From: Bilabrum cf. latius
Taxonomy: Eukaryota
Assembly: GCA_965178125.1 (NCBI GenBank)
Contig: OZ237775.1
Coordinates: forward strand, 496,001-560,000
Length of the DNA: 64,000 nt
Direction: 5' to 3'
Below are positions 25,685-38,784 of this stretch, piece after piece (the stretch's first letter is position 1; every line of letters starts with the position of its first letter). The translations under genes and the position numbers were made by a program. The notes beneath the pieces are model-generated. The model ran no database searches. It was not told where the DNA came from and saw only the letters and a list, made by a program, of their open reading frames with translations.

Positions 25685-28600
25685 ATGGTTGCTAGAATGC
25701 GACAGCTTCTGGTCCAATCGTAGCCGCTGGTTCATCCTGGGTCTGCGTCCTTCCGATTTGCTGCAGGTTGCCAGGCAGGGTATCCACAGGATAGACTCCT
25801 TCCTGCTGGGTATCGCCGCAGTTTGCACGGTACAAGTACACCTGATCCTACCGATGCTTTTGATGGCATCTCTCTGAGGACGGGCTCTGGGACTGGCCCG
25901 GCCCTCTCTGCCCATGGTCGAGGCAACAGAGGCACTACCGACCCGAATCGCGCCCAGGCACTATAGCACGTGCTCGCTTCGATAGCCAAAGCGGTCAGCT
26001 CAGTTCCACGAGGTGTAACGCAGGCCGGTAGCGGTCCTGACGATGCAGCTGCCGGCACAGGGGCGGGCGACGGGTCGTACCATCGCGCGCAGCGAGCAGT
26101 CGAGGCCGCCGTGGCGCTCGCCGAGGAGATGGGTCTGCAGCACAGAGACGCGCAGAGAGCGCTCGCGATGTATGCCGTGGCTCTGCTGCGCCGAGGCCGG
26201 TACTCTGACGTGCTCGCCCTGGGCAGCGTCCTGCGGCGGGAGGGCGTGACGGTGGTGCGCCGGCTGGTGAGGCCCATCCTGCTGGCGGCAGGCGCCGCGC
26301 GGAGGCCGGGGGACGTGGTTCCGCTGCTGCGAGAGTCCTTCGGCGTCCCTCGCCGCGCGATGGGAGTGCAGGAGCTGACCCGGATCGTGGAGCTGGCGGC
26401 GGGCACACGATCCTGGCTTGGGCTGCGGCCCCTGCTGCCCATGTGCCTCGGGAGGTACATCGATCGGCTGCCAGCCAGCACGCTGGCGGATCTTGGGCTG
26501 GTGGCGGCACACTACAGGTGTGACGAGTGGATGGATCGAGCGGTGGGCGAGTTGGTGCGCAGGCGCAGGTCGAGGCAGCAGAGGCAAGCCGAAGAGGCCT
26601 CCAGGGGGAACACGCAGCGGAGTGGGGGGAGTGGTGTGACGAGTGAAGCGTCCTCTCCGATCCCACGGGTAGACTCCCCGGAAAAGGCACGGGAGGCGGT
26701 TCTAACCGAGCTGGCCCAGCGGTGCGGCGCGGCCTGGGGCAGGGCCAGGGTGACCGGGTCCAGACGGAGGGACGGGGGGCGGGCGAGAGAGCAGCAGAAG
26801 TGGGCCGATAAAGCCAGGGAACAACTGCCCGACGAGGTGCTGGAGGCGGTGGGGGCCGACAGCGCCTCGGCTGCCAGGCACGACGGCGGTGTGACGAGTG
26901 AGGCTGGGCAGGCGCGGGAGGACGTGCACGGCGACTGGGCGGGCGCGCTGTGGGGGCTGGTGCATTGCATGGAGGTGCAGACGGGGCGCGTGTGGACGGA
27001 CGGGAGGCAGCTGGCACTGCGGGTGCTGGCCGAGTCTGACACGGCGGCTGCACCGCTTGAGGCTGCTGAGTCAGTTCCAATGGATGGGGGTAGCGATGCA
27101 GGCCCGGAGTTTCATGAGGGGATCTAGGAGGAGGAAGGAGATGGGGCGGTGTCCGAGTGGTCGCTGGGAGTGTGGGGCGAGGACGAGCTGGCAAGGGCGA
27201 GGGCGACTGCACGAGGGCATGCAATGGGCAGCGAAGGGAGCGCAACTGGGGACGCGATGGCGGGCAACGGCCAGGGAGGTGCAGCAGCACCTGGCAGCGA
27301 CTCGAGGAATTTCTTGCCGCCAGCCAGGGTGCTGAGACCAGTCGCACCCTCTCTTGCCGCTGCCTCACTGCTCCGATCGAATGCACCTCTGCGAGCGCTG
27401 GCCAGGGAGGAGGCATCGGGTGCAGCGCACGGCGGTGCGCAGCCGAAGCTGCGGCTCTCTGCTCTGGGGTACCGCCGCATGCTGCAGCTCGGCCTGTCTT
27501 GTTCCCTGGGAGGCGAGCCCTGGCACGCCCGCGCCCTCCTCGACGTGCTGGCCCAGACCCACGTCCCCGGTGCGATGCACGGGGAGCAGGTGCAGATGGC
27601 CAGGGAACTGGCGAGGCTCGCGGCGGAGGAGGCGCAAAGGGAGGAGCAGGAGCAGGAGCAAGAGGAGGAAGGAGCAGAAGAGGGGGAGGGGGATGCTGTG
27701 AGGTTGGGTGATCGAGAGGGGCAGGTGGGCAGCGGCGGCATGCCGCAGCCGGTGCACCGCGCACCACCAGCTGCCTCTGCTGCCGCCCCTGTGGTAGTGC
27801 TCACTGGAGGCACAAAGCTGGGGGACGGAAAGATTCGGAATCGGAAGAAACGACACGACGCTTGGGCGCTGCAGGAGGGTCATCACCTGCCCGCTGTGCA
27901 TGAGGCGGTGCTCGCGTGCGGCGGGGCGGGGGAGTGCGTCAGGTGGGCCAGGCGACTGGACGGGATGGGGCCCAAGGCAGTGGCCAGCGCGCTGCCGTTC
28001 GCGTTCGAGTGGGCGAGGGCAGCTGCAGAGTCTTCGCCCGGGGAATCGCTTGGGGATGTGGGTGGGATCGGTCAAGAATCGGGTGATCTGGTCGACAGTG
28101 GTGCAGTCAATCATGGTGGTGCGAGTCACCGTGTTGGTGGGCAGCAAGTGTCGCAGTGGCTTCGCGAGCGCGGGGAGCTTGATTGGCGGGTTCACCGGTG
28201 GATTTGGTACGCTGTGGTGGGCAAAGAGGGGGCCAGGGCCGCTCGTTTCGGCGGAAGCACTGACAGTGGCAGCATCGGTGCAACGGGCGGGGGTGTCCAT
28301 AGCGGCTCTAGTATGGCGGGCTCTGAGGCAGAAGAGATCGGAGCTATTTCCGTCGATTCCTTGCCCGGCGACATTCGAACGGGTGGGCGCGGGTATGCGC
28401 GGCTCAGGCTAGTCATGGGTGGGCGAGTGCATGGAGGGCATCCAGGGCAGGAGCATGGGCGAGAGGGGGGAGGAGGCGGCTAGGAGAAGGGGGGGCGCGG
28501 TGGGGCTGCTGCTGCTGCCGACTCGCTGCCTCCCATGGTGCTGCTGCCCTGGGGGGCTGCGGAACCGGGACAGCGTCCCGTGCGCGGCGCCGGCGATGAC

Positions 28601-30166
28601 AGCACGGGAGAGAAGTCGGATGAGCTAGCGGGTAGTTGGGAGGTCGGTGACAGAGAGCACGCACAGGAGCAAGAGAATCTGGAGGGCAGAGATTCGGGCG
28701 TGCGCAGTTCGGCAGACGACGATGGGTTGTACAGAGATGAGTCTGGTATAACGGAGGATCAGGTGGTGGAAATCGACGTCGAGGAGGGGGGTGTAGAGGG
28801 TGAGATGGAGGGGAGCGGGGAGTACCTGCCGAGGGACGGGTGGGCGGGGCCGAGGGTGCTTCTAGCCAGGGGGGCCGTGAGAGCCGACGTGCTCGGGGCG
28901 ATCCAGGGAACAAATAGGAGGGGGTTGGGGAAGGGTCGTATGGGTGCCAGTGGTGGCAGTAGTGGCATAGGGCCGGCCCTCGTCGCCCTGTCGGTTGGCG
29001 ACCTCGCGGCTGCTTGTTCCCTGGGGGTTAGAACCGCCCTGGTGAGCGGGCGGCGGGAGCACGCCGCGAGCCGCGCCATCGCTGCCGTGGCGCTGCTCGC
29101 CCGTGCCTCTGCCGGCGGCATGGATCCGGAGTCGAAAGCGAGGGCGCTGCTGGCGGCGGTGCGCTGCGTAGCCGTCGTGGGAGAGCCTCCCGAGGGGGAT
29201 GGGGCAGTGGCTAGGGAACAAGGAGACGGGGGGAGGTCGGGTGCATCGCACGGTGGTGCTCCCAGAACGGTCACGGGGGCCGTGCGGGAGGCAGAGGCGG
29301 GCGGGCCCCGTGGGAAGCTGAGGAGGATCGCGGATCAGGCCGGGAGGGTGGCCGGGCGGGAATCGCTGGGGCATGCGCTGGAGGCTGCTGGGATGGTCGG
29401 GGGCCATGGCAGTGTGACGAGTACAAGTGGGAGTGCACGGGAGGATGGGCACGGACAAGGGAGTGGCACCGGGGGTCCTGTCTCTCTTGCAGGCATCGCG
29501 GCCGATGCAGCCACTGCCGCCGACTGGGCCCAGCGCCTGGATTCGGAGCCGGAAACCGCCGCGCCTCGCCTGCTGGCAGCTCTGCTGGAAGAGCTCCGGG
29601 TCTTGGCTGCGTCCGTGCCAAGGGCCAGGGGTGGCCAGGGTAGTGACCCCACCTTGGGGAGGGTGCTCTCAGGGGTCATCGGGGCAGCGACCCAGCTTGC
29701 GGTCCGGTGCCTCTCCTCCAGCGGGGCACTGGGGAAGGGGGCCGCGGGTTTGTGGTGTGACGAGTGCGATGGTGCATTGCATGGCGGTGCACGGGATGCC
29801 GTGCTCCAGCTGGCGCTGCTTGGCCGGGCCAGGATGGCCATGAGGGACTGTGCCACTGCCACACTGTCCGGTGGTGAACGAGACCAGGCCTCCCGTGGCG
29901 GCGCAGCGACTTCAACTCCACCGGTGGATTGCCTGGTTCACACGCTGGACAAGGCGAGGAGAGGGGCCGTGGGCGGGGATCTCGACCTGCTCCGGGAGGC
30001 GGGGATGCAGCTGCTGCCGGTGGTGGGGCGAGCCGCGGTGGACGGAGGCCCACAGGAGGAGGCGGCGCTGGAGCGGCTCCTGCGGCTCATAGCGAGGTCG
30101 GGCCGGCGGGGAGGAGGAGCCCCTGCCGGAGATGTGCAAACAATGGCGATGGGGAGATTGAGTTGA
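25685..30166 (+). CDS. Hypothetical ~1490-aa Ala/Gly/Arg-rich helical protein, possibly mitochondrion-targeted
   Basis: Continuous frame from ATG 25685 (MVARMRQLL...) through TAGs at 25721, 25964, 27125 and 28481 to TGA 30164-30166. No family motif recognised. Confidence 0.55.
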
Positions 30167-30372
30167 CTGCAACTGACTTGATCAGCGATAGGGATTCGAC
30201 TAGCCTACATTGGTAATCGTACGGCCACTTCACGCATTCACAATCGACCAGATTCCTCCTTTGGTCGCAAGTACGAGTTGATCATCCCACCTGCTAAATC
30301 AATTCAGAAAAGTATGGCTCGCACAGCATGGGGTGATGCAGGCGCAAAAATGCTGAATGCGAAGTTGTGCGA

Positions 30373-30642
30373 TCACGCGAGGCCAAAACGACCGCTGTTG
30401 GCACTGGTTGCAAAACGAAACACAGTCTCACTCTTATATGTTCCGATTTTCCCACCTCCGTACTGCTCGACTACTTCTGGCTGGAGAGGGGTCCTCACGC
30501 CCTGGGCTTCCTGCTTGTTGGAAGCACGCACACGCTCAAGGTATGCTGCCGGGCCGGCATTGAAATAGTACTGCACAAGCGCAGCCCCTACAACAAAAAC
30601 AAAAGCCCCTCCTATCAACTTGCCGCTGGCCACGCTCGCCAT
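30373..30642 (-). CDS. Possible small single-TM protein (3' end may be spliced)
   Basis: MASVASGKLIGGAFVFVVGAALVQYYF hydrophobic segment followed by a charged region; no homology recognised. Confidence 0.3.
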   Translation of the reverse strand: MASVASGKLIGGAFVFVVGAALVQYYFNAGPAAYLERVRASNKQEAQGVRTPLQPEVVEQYGGGKIGTYKSETVFRFATSANSGRFGLA

Positions 30643-31104
30643 GATACACTTTGCTCGTGCTGCAAAATAAATCACTCCGGTAGTGTTGTGAGGTGCTTTT
30701 TACAATAAACCAATTTCTGGAAGCACCCACATTGAGCCGCTCACAAAGGCGAAATGTGCTTCTCCCGAAAGCATCTAAGGTGTAATATGAGTACGAGCTG
30801 GCTTTGAAGCACATAATTATGAGCGCAGGCCTACTCAAGCGATCGGCACGATTTTTTTCAACCAAGATTGGTGCCTGTCAACCTTAACCAGCTGAAGAGA
30901 GCCGTACCATTCCAACGATCCCCAGTGATTACGCACACACCACAATCCTGATTCACCGGCCCATGGCCTCTTCCAGCATTCGCACGCTAAACACCAGAAT
31001 CCACCATAATTTCAAGATGAAGATCCAAGTTTGTGGGTTCGTTCGCAATTGAAAATCTGCTGGAATTCACACGAGGACAGTTGCAGCCCCAGAACTTGCT
31101 GAAA

Positions 31105-32439
31105 ATGGTCAGCGATTCTATCAGTTGGTTCGATGTTTCATCAGGGTTGCTTGGAGGAGTTGCGTTGTCTTCCTTTGCTTTAAAGCTGATGTCCGGTGGT
31201 CTCAAACAAGCTCTAGGATCATAGCTGAAGGAGCTCATTGCTGCTTCGACGTCCAACGTTGTGCTTGCGTTTCTGACCGGTACGGTGGCTACAGCTGTCA
31301 TGAGCTCGTCCACTGCCACGTCGCGCCTGGTCGTAGAGCTCGTATCGGTGGGAGCAATGACATTCGAGCAGTCCCTTGGAGTTAGTCTTGGTATCAACGT
31401 TGGATCTACTGTGGCAACGCAGCTCGTGGCACTTAAACTGACCGACTGGGCGCTGTTAATCGTCGCGGTAGGCTACGTTGTGCAAGCCTTCGCTGGGAAG
31501 CGGAGCGCCAGCGGAGAAGGCGTCGGGCGGTCGGTGCTGGGCCTGGGGCTGCTGTTTCTCGGGATCGATCTCATGAGCAAATCCATGTCTCCGCTCAAGG
31601 AGTATCCCCCCTTCCTCTCTGCTCTGGCTGCACTGAGCCAGCCCGCTCTCGGCGTGCTCGCAGCCGCTCTGCTCACCGCCCTCGTGTAGTCCTCGGCCGT
31701 CGTGATCGCCATCGTCATGACACTGGCAGGGAAGGGCCTGATCCCGCTGCCCATGGCAGTGTCTCTCGTGGTGGGCGCCAACGTGGGCACGTGCTCGTCT
31801 GCCCTGCTGAGCGCACTCGGTGGAAGGAGAGAGACCATGCGAGTGGCGGTCACCTATCTGCTGTACAAGGCGGCGGGGGCCATCCTCTGTCTCATGGCAC
31901 TTGGGCCGATGGCAGCCGCCGTGGCTCGGCTCTCGGCGCCTGGTGGGGCGGGGCAGGCGCTGGTCGAGGCCGAGGCTGCGGATAGGGCCGGGGCTGCGGA
32001 TGGGGAGGGGGAGAGTGGTGTGACGAGTGATATCGGAGAGCTGCGCCGCGCAGTGGTGCCGCAAGTCGTCGCAAACGTGCACGTGGTGTTTAATCTGGGC
32101 GTGGGCCTGTTGTTCCTTCCGCTGACGTCACAGGTGAGTCGCCTAATGACGGTGCTAGTGCCGCCCGAGCACTGCAGTGCCAGCACCAGCACGCAGGGAG
32201 CCGGCGTGAAGGGGCACAGGGCAATTGGCAGAGATGGAAGCAGCGAGGCGGAGGGTTAGAATGGAGAGTAGGTTCAGTCCGGGAAGCTGTCCCCCGCCCC
32301 TGTGACGACGACGACGACGGAGCTTTTGCAGGCCGGGCACCAGGCGCTGGGCAGGAGGAGGACCCTAACTGGGACTGCGGCGGGGCGGCGGGGAAGCAGC
32401 CGGGGGCGAGCGGGGGCTCGAGATTCTCGGGTTGCCTGA
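31105..32439 (+). CDS. Na+/phosphate cotransporter, SLC34/NptA-YjbB bacterial-like, without PhoU domain
   Basis: ORFs 31033, 31261 and 31702 are in one frame, joined by TAG 31222 and 31687 (LV*SS, matching QSS); further TAGs at 32257 and 32269; stop TGA 32437. Two inverted-repeat motifs TAVMSSSTAT...GINVGST and ALVQSSAVV...GANVGT. Confidence 0.85.
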
Positions 32440-32770
32440 ATTCTTCAGGTGGCGATGGGCAGTGCTTGTGTTGTGCGACTTGACGTGTATAACTTTGATC
32501 CAAGTCTGTGTATGAGCTTCAAGTTGCCTCAAAACTACGATTGGAATAGCGGTGGCATATGGAGATATCCTGGCTCAACCGGGCGATACAACTGCTAGGT
32601 GCGTATGACGTCCAGATGCATGCTGCTGCTACTGCTGCTGCATGCATGCTCTCATCCATCCGAGCTCTCCCCAGCCTGCACTCATCACACAGTCATGGAC
32701 GACACCTGGCCGCACCTCCCTTCCTTCTTCACAGGTCATATCGATCTAGTTCTGCCGGGAGTTCTACGCA

Positions 32771-33962
32771 ATGAGAAATGGGCTGTGTCGTATCCGCTAG
32801 GCATTGCCGAGGGTGGGGCTTGTGCCGAGATCTCGCTCAATGGCAATCGCCACGTCAACATTTGCGGCGGACAGTCTTGAACCGAATGTGGAACTGACTC
32901 GCATGAACTTGTTCACTGCAATCAATGACGCCATGCGAATTGCTTTGAAGTCTGACGAAACCGCCGTGAGAGAAACGCCTGATTTGCGCATGGTGTTGCA
33001 TATCCGGCTGCGCTCCATCTGCAAGTCCTGAGTATCTGCCTTCATATTTGTCGCAGGCGGTGTTTGGCGAGGATGTAGGCTTTGGAGGGGTATTTCGATG
33101 CAGTATGGGACTCCGCGATGAGTTTGGCTCTGACCGTGTGTTTAATACCCCACTGTGCGAGCAGGGCATTGCTGGCTTCGCGATCGGGTACGCTGCGATG
33201 GGCCGGACGGCCATCGCAGAGATGTAGTTTGCAGACTACATATTTCCTGCATTTGATCAAATCGTGAACGAGGCCGCAAAGTATCGATACCGATCTGGAG
33301 GCCAGTTCAACGTTGGATCCCTGACTTTCAGGGCGCCGTACGGAGCAGTCGGCCACGGCGGACACTACCACTCGCAAAGTCCTGAAGCGTACTTTGCCCA
33401 TACGCCCGGCCTCAAGATCGCGATCCCAAGGAGCCCTGTAGAAGCAAAAGGCCTGCTTCTTTCGTGCATCAGGGACCCTAACCCTTGCCTGTTCTTTGAA
33501 CCGAAGGCGCTGTACAGGGCAGCAGTTGAAGAAGTCCCTGTTGGTGACTATGAGATTCCTCTCGGAAAGGCAGATATCGTGCAAGAAGGAAGTGATGTCA
33601 CGGTCGTCGCATACGGTTCTTAGGTTCATGTGATGCAGAAGGCTTGCAAAGCGGCTGAAGAGCTGCATGGAATATCATGTGAGCTGATCGATCTCAGGAC
33701 CCTTCTCCCATGGGACGTGGAAACTGTCGAAACAAGCGTTAAGAAGACTGGAAGGCTCGTTATTTCACACGAAGCGCCCAAGACGATGGGCTTTGCTGCA
33801 GAGGTTGCAGCAACTATCCAAGAACGGTGCTTCTTGCATTTGGAAGCGCCTATTGGACGTGTATGTGGTCTAGACACGCCATTCCCGCTTATCTTTGAGC
33901 AGCAGTACGTGCCCGATCACTTAAAGGTGTTGGAGCAGGTAGCTGGTATCATGAAGTACTGA
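32771..33962 (+). CDS. BCKDHB: Branched-chain alpha-keto acid dehydrogenase E1 beta subunit, mitochondrial
   Basis: Exons 32771-32965 and 33057-33962. Motifs [83 protein letters not shown] at 32798, 33225 and 33621; stop TGA. Confidence 0.96.
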
Positions 33963-36374
33963 AAACAGATAATTTGTATATTTCAACGAGGGAGTAGTTC
34001 ACGCAGTTTTCAAATCACAGTTCTATACTGAAAAGGAGATGTGAATAAGTGAATTGAGGATATGATCCTTGGATTCAGGTAAGTTGTGGCAAGCACTAGT
34101 TGACGAATGATCGCGGTCGCAAGTGAGCATCAAACATGTCAAACACAGCAAGTGTGTTGTGGGCTTCCCAGGCAAGCACAAAGTGTTAACCAAATGCTTT
34201 TCATGTGAAATCCAAACGAATGCTGCATTGTCTTAGCGTAAACGAAACTGCACTTCATCATTTTGACAAGCTATCTCTGATTGTTTCGCCTTAAATTGCT
34301 GTTCGCTAGCACTAGGATCATCAATGATGTGAACAGTGCTTGAATAGTCCCCAGCGACTTCGTTCAAAATAATCTTAAAACTGTCGATTGCGACACTCTT
34401 CAGAATACAAAAATCGATCATTTCTTTCCAAGCTTTACCTTAAGCGCCGTGCACTTGCACCAGGCATCCCACTGGACTCGAGTCTATCTTTCTGGGGGAA
34501 TCTCCAAGCTTAGGTGGATAAGAATCACAAGACCACATAGCAACTGGAAGCAATAGGTGTTGACATATGCACGTACACAGGCTTGACTGGTGTTGATCCA
34601 AATTTCCGACACGATTGAGATTTAGGTCGGTATTAAATGTCTTGATTTGATGCAAAGCAGTCGAAAATCTCGTTTGATTTTCTCCAACTCATTCAATATG
34701 TCGTTCTGCACTTAAATAGTAATGATATTTTTTTAGGCTCCTAGATCAACTTATGACAGCGATTTATCGGCAGAAAGATCCTTCTGATACTAAGAGATGA
34801 CAGCCATCTGCTTGCCAAGCCACAATACTTGTACAAGTATTGTGCTATTGCCTCGTAATTAGAATACAAAGTTAATTCATACTTCGTAAGATTTCACCAT
34901 TTAACTTCATGCATCCGTGCATTCATTAGTGATAAGAAAATTATATCCGATTGTACTAAGGGTTTTAATATTAAGTAAAATCATGTTCAATAACAACCAC
35001 TGCTAAATTCACCCAGTAGACATGCTTAGAACCAGGTTTGCAGAGTTAATAGTAAATCGTGAAAATGAAGTGATCCTTGTTGCAAATTTGAAGTCAGTCG
35101 TAACAGTGTCTAATGCAATGTTAAAAATACGCCAATTAGCACATTTACATTGCATATGTGATATTGGGACCGAAATTTATTTCTCATTCACGAAACTTAT
35201 CGCAGCACTAAACATCATAAAAATCAATATCAATTCAAATACGCCTTGCTTGGGCACGCCTTGTGCAGATATAGATCTACTTGAAATCAATGAAATTGTA
35301 GTTCTGTAACATGGCATTAAGTAACAGAATAATCTGCTACCTTGGCTTTCCTTCTGTTGCGAAAGAGATGTATGTGGTATTTTATTGAACTCGATCGCTG
35401 TTTGGCGCAACAACACTGCTATTATTAATAAATGTCCGATATGTGCTTGAACGAATGATGGTATCTCTGTGATCAAGTTAGCAGTTTAAGCGCACTTTAA
35501 GAATGCACTTCTAATTTCAGCTGAAATGTGTTCACAGATGCGAATGAAACCTAAATAAGATAACGAATGAGGCAAATTAAATGAGAAAGGATAATACCAG
35601 AGAATATTTAATGCTTACATCTACTCATCATGTTCTTGATAACAAAATGGGATGACTCCAAACCAAAATGCTAACTGCTTGCCATTCTCTGGGATGAAAG
35701 CTACAAATAGAGCCCATGGGGCAATGCCCAATCGTTATGATTATCTTTGCTACACTTCACCTAAACGGCTTCTAGTATTATGAGTTAATCATCTCGTGCA
35801 TGACCTGACTCGGCACTGCGAAAGAATCTGTGAAGTTGAGGAATCGACCAAAGCGTTAACTGGAAGGTTAATGCTTCAAAAAATTAATGTGAAGCCAGTG
35901 TCTCGACCGCATGATCGGTAGTAAGAAACCAATGAAGCATTTTGATGCGTAGGTGAACATGAAAATGAATGTAAGTTAGCGATTTAACGTCGCAATCACA
36001 ATTCTAAACTTGCTGCTCTACGGCGCCTATGCCAATACCATTAAAAGGTTTGGGGCATTCGAACTGCTACATATGGACAGGGGCTGTTGCAATTTGCCGC
36101 ATGGTTGACTCAGCCTCGATTTTCTGTATTCTGTTGAACGTCACAGGGGGAGGGGGCTGGGGATAATATAGATGTATACGCTACACCTATACAGAAAAGG
36201 GTCGAGGGCCACCCCCCCTTGACAACTGGCCCGTGCGCCAACACCTACCCGGCCAGCGGCGGGGTGAGTACTACTCGGAGCTGATTTTTTTTGCTAGCCC
36301 TAGACCCCTGGAAGGGCGCTCTGAAAGACAATTGCAGGCCCATATGAATGCGATAAGTTCATTTATCCACTAAA

Positions 36375-37054
36375 ATGGCTGCTGTAGCCGAGGAAAAGGA
36401 CCGGGAGGTTTTCTTTGAGCATCCTGCTCGTTCGATCTCAAGAGCGGCAAAGCTATTTGGGACTAGCAAGTTAACAGGTCTCCGGGACGTAAGGGGGGGG
36501 GGGGGGCAGGACTCCTGATTACATATTATTACAGCGTGTTTGGAAGCCTTTTTGTGTTTCCCTCTTGTGCATTCAATCGAATCGCGCAGTGTGAGGTGTG
36601 GCACGACGCGGTTTTGAGAGCCGACTTGGCGCCGATAGCGATAGGTATCGACTCCATAATTGGCGCGGCAACCGTAATTAGACCCCCCGTCTCAGCAAAG
36701 ACGGATGCTGGTTTCGTCAGTGTCAGTATTGGCAGTCACACGGCGCTAGGTAGCGGTGTTGTGTGCGAAGCCGCTGAGATTGGCTCCAACGTAGTCATTG
36801 GAGACGGTGTTATTCTCGTGAGGTAGACAAGGTGGGATCTACACGCCAAATTAGTCGTGACTACATTGTAAAGCGTCGTATGTGGAGCTTCTCTCAATAA
36901 CACAACACCGCAGGGGCCGAGGTCGAGAGTTTTGGATGGGGCCAGGGTGACCGCTGGCAGCGTTGTGCCAGCCGACACGGTTATACCACCATTTGCTGTG
37001 GCTAGTGGCGCGCCCGCAAGAATCTCTCACTCGGGTTTGGCCGGCGTGTCATGA
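36375..37054 (+). CDS. DCTN5: Dynactin subunit 5 (p25), left-handed beta-helix
   Basis: Predicted exons 36375-36488, 36590-36817, 36914-37054 (160 aa). Motifs LRADLAPI.IG, VIRPP, IGSH...VCEAAEIGSNVVIG, DTVIPPFAV.SG.P. The 3' end is uncertain. Confidence 0.75.
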
Positions 37055-37196
37055 TCCTGATGCAGCCGATGTCACCCTTTCTTGGTGGTCGGATAGACAG
37101 CCTCGTTTTGATACAGTAGAGTGCAGCAAGTCTCCGTTTTCGCTAATGGATAACATTCAAACAGGCAGGCAATTCACGCGAGCACGGCTCACGCTC

Positions 37197-38648
37197 TCAG
37201 CCACTGGTGGCAGCTTGTGTCCCTCTCTAGCCCCCCGGGCCACTTCCACTACCGCTGGCATTTTGCTCTCCGGGTTGCTGCTGCTACGCCTCCCTTTCCT
37301 ACTCCTACTCCTTCTTCCTTCGCCTGGCCTCACCCGCTTCCTTTGCTTCTCGCTTGGCAATGGTGGCTCTAGCCACCTTGGAGGCAGTCGGCTTACCCAG
37401 GTGTCCGCAGATGAACTCGCCTGCCTCCACCAGCCGCTCCAGCCGGACCCCAGACCGGATGCCCAGCCCATCCAGCATGTACACCACGTCCTCTGTGGCC
37501 ACGTTGCCGCTTGCCCCATTAGCGTATGGACATCCACCAAGGCCTGCCACGGCTGCATCCACCACGGAAATGCCCATCTGCAGAGCTGCCAGCAAGTTGG
37601 GCAGGGCCATGGCGTAGGTGTCGTGGAAATGCACCGCTACCGCTGAGGGAGGCACGTGGCGCAGCACCGCCTCTAGCATCGCTTGCGTGGCTGCCGGCGT
37701 GCCCACTCCGATCGTATCACCGAGAGAGATCTCGTAGCAGCCCATCTCGTACAGGCTGGCAGCCACGAAGCCGACGGCGTCGGGCTCGACGTGGCCATCG
37801 TACGGGCACCCAAGGACACAAGACACATAGCCACGTACCGGCACTCCCCGAGACCTGGCTTCCAGGCACACTGGTTTGAACCGTTCTAAACTCTCAATCA
37901 CGGAGCAATTGATATTCTTCCTCGAGAACCCATCGGAAGCGGCGCCGAATATCGCCACTTCATCGACATTCGATTCCAAAGCACCCTGCAAACCTCTCAT
38001 GTTCGGGGTAAGAGCAGTATACCTCACGCCTGGCACCCTATCTATACCTGCCATAACTTCTCGGTTGTCTCCCATCTGCGGTACCCATTTAGCAGAGACA
38101 AACGACGTCGCCTCAATCACCCGCAAGCCCGTTTGCGAGAGTTTATTGATTAGTTCGATCTTGACCTCTGGTGGAATAAGAGTCTTTTCATTCTGCGAAA
38201 GGAATCCACAAATTCTAACGTTTTGGGCTGTAGGACACAACAGCTTCAATCCCAATGGGCAAGAAACCAACGAGATGCTCACCTGCAACCCATCCCTTGG
38301 GCCTACTTCAACGATCCTAACCTCCGCAGGAAGACCCTATGATTTCATAGCAGGTAAACTCGAGGCTACACCGGACACCCCCCTGTCATAAGCCGTAAAG
38401 ATGCCTGCTGGTGGCCGCACATTGATCCTGCCAGAGTCTAGGGGCACTTGAGCGCCCGGATTGCGCTACCTATCACCGCCACCGGCACTACTTGCAAACA
38501 AAGCTGAGCTAAAATATTGCTGATTATTGCTGCTCAATTCCGCTTTACAGCCATTATACAGCCTAGATGGCTGCACGCGACACGAGCCAAGTGTCTTTGC
38601 AAGAGATGGTCCCACCTTACTGGAATACCGAAGGTGGGATGTGAACAT
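37197..38648 (-). CDS. HMGCL: Hydroxymethylglutaryl-CoA lyase, mitochondrial
   Basis: Exons ~38648-38283 and 38192-37197. Motifs [60 protein letters not shown]-terminal tail reads through four TAGs to TGA 37197. Start approximate. Confidence 0.93.
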
Positions 38649-38784
38649 GGTCTGCTTAAGCGAAACTGCGATTGTCCTAGCCTTTGCAAGGACTGACTGA
38701 TTCGTTTTGCTCGCAACACTGTGCGAAGGAACCGGCACGAATGTGAGCGAGCCCCAACGAACTCTCACAGGCGAGGACATGCTG

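Noticed and set aside
20603-30216. Long overlapping antisense and alternate-frame ORFs as extra genes
   Set aside because: Expected shadows of very GC-rich coding DNA; no recognisable motifs.
33225-33227. TAG as pyrrolysine, Leu or Glu, or hidden within small introns
   Set aside because: Aligned residues are Gln, flanking motifs are colinear with homologs with no room for an intron, and no pyl genes are seen in this eukaryotic window.
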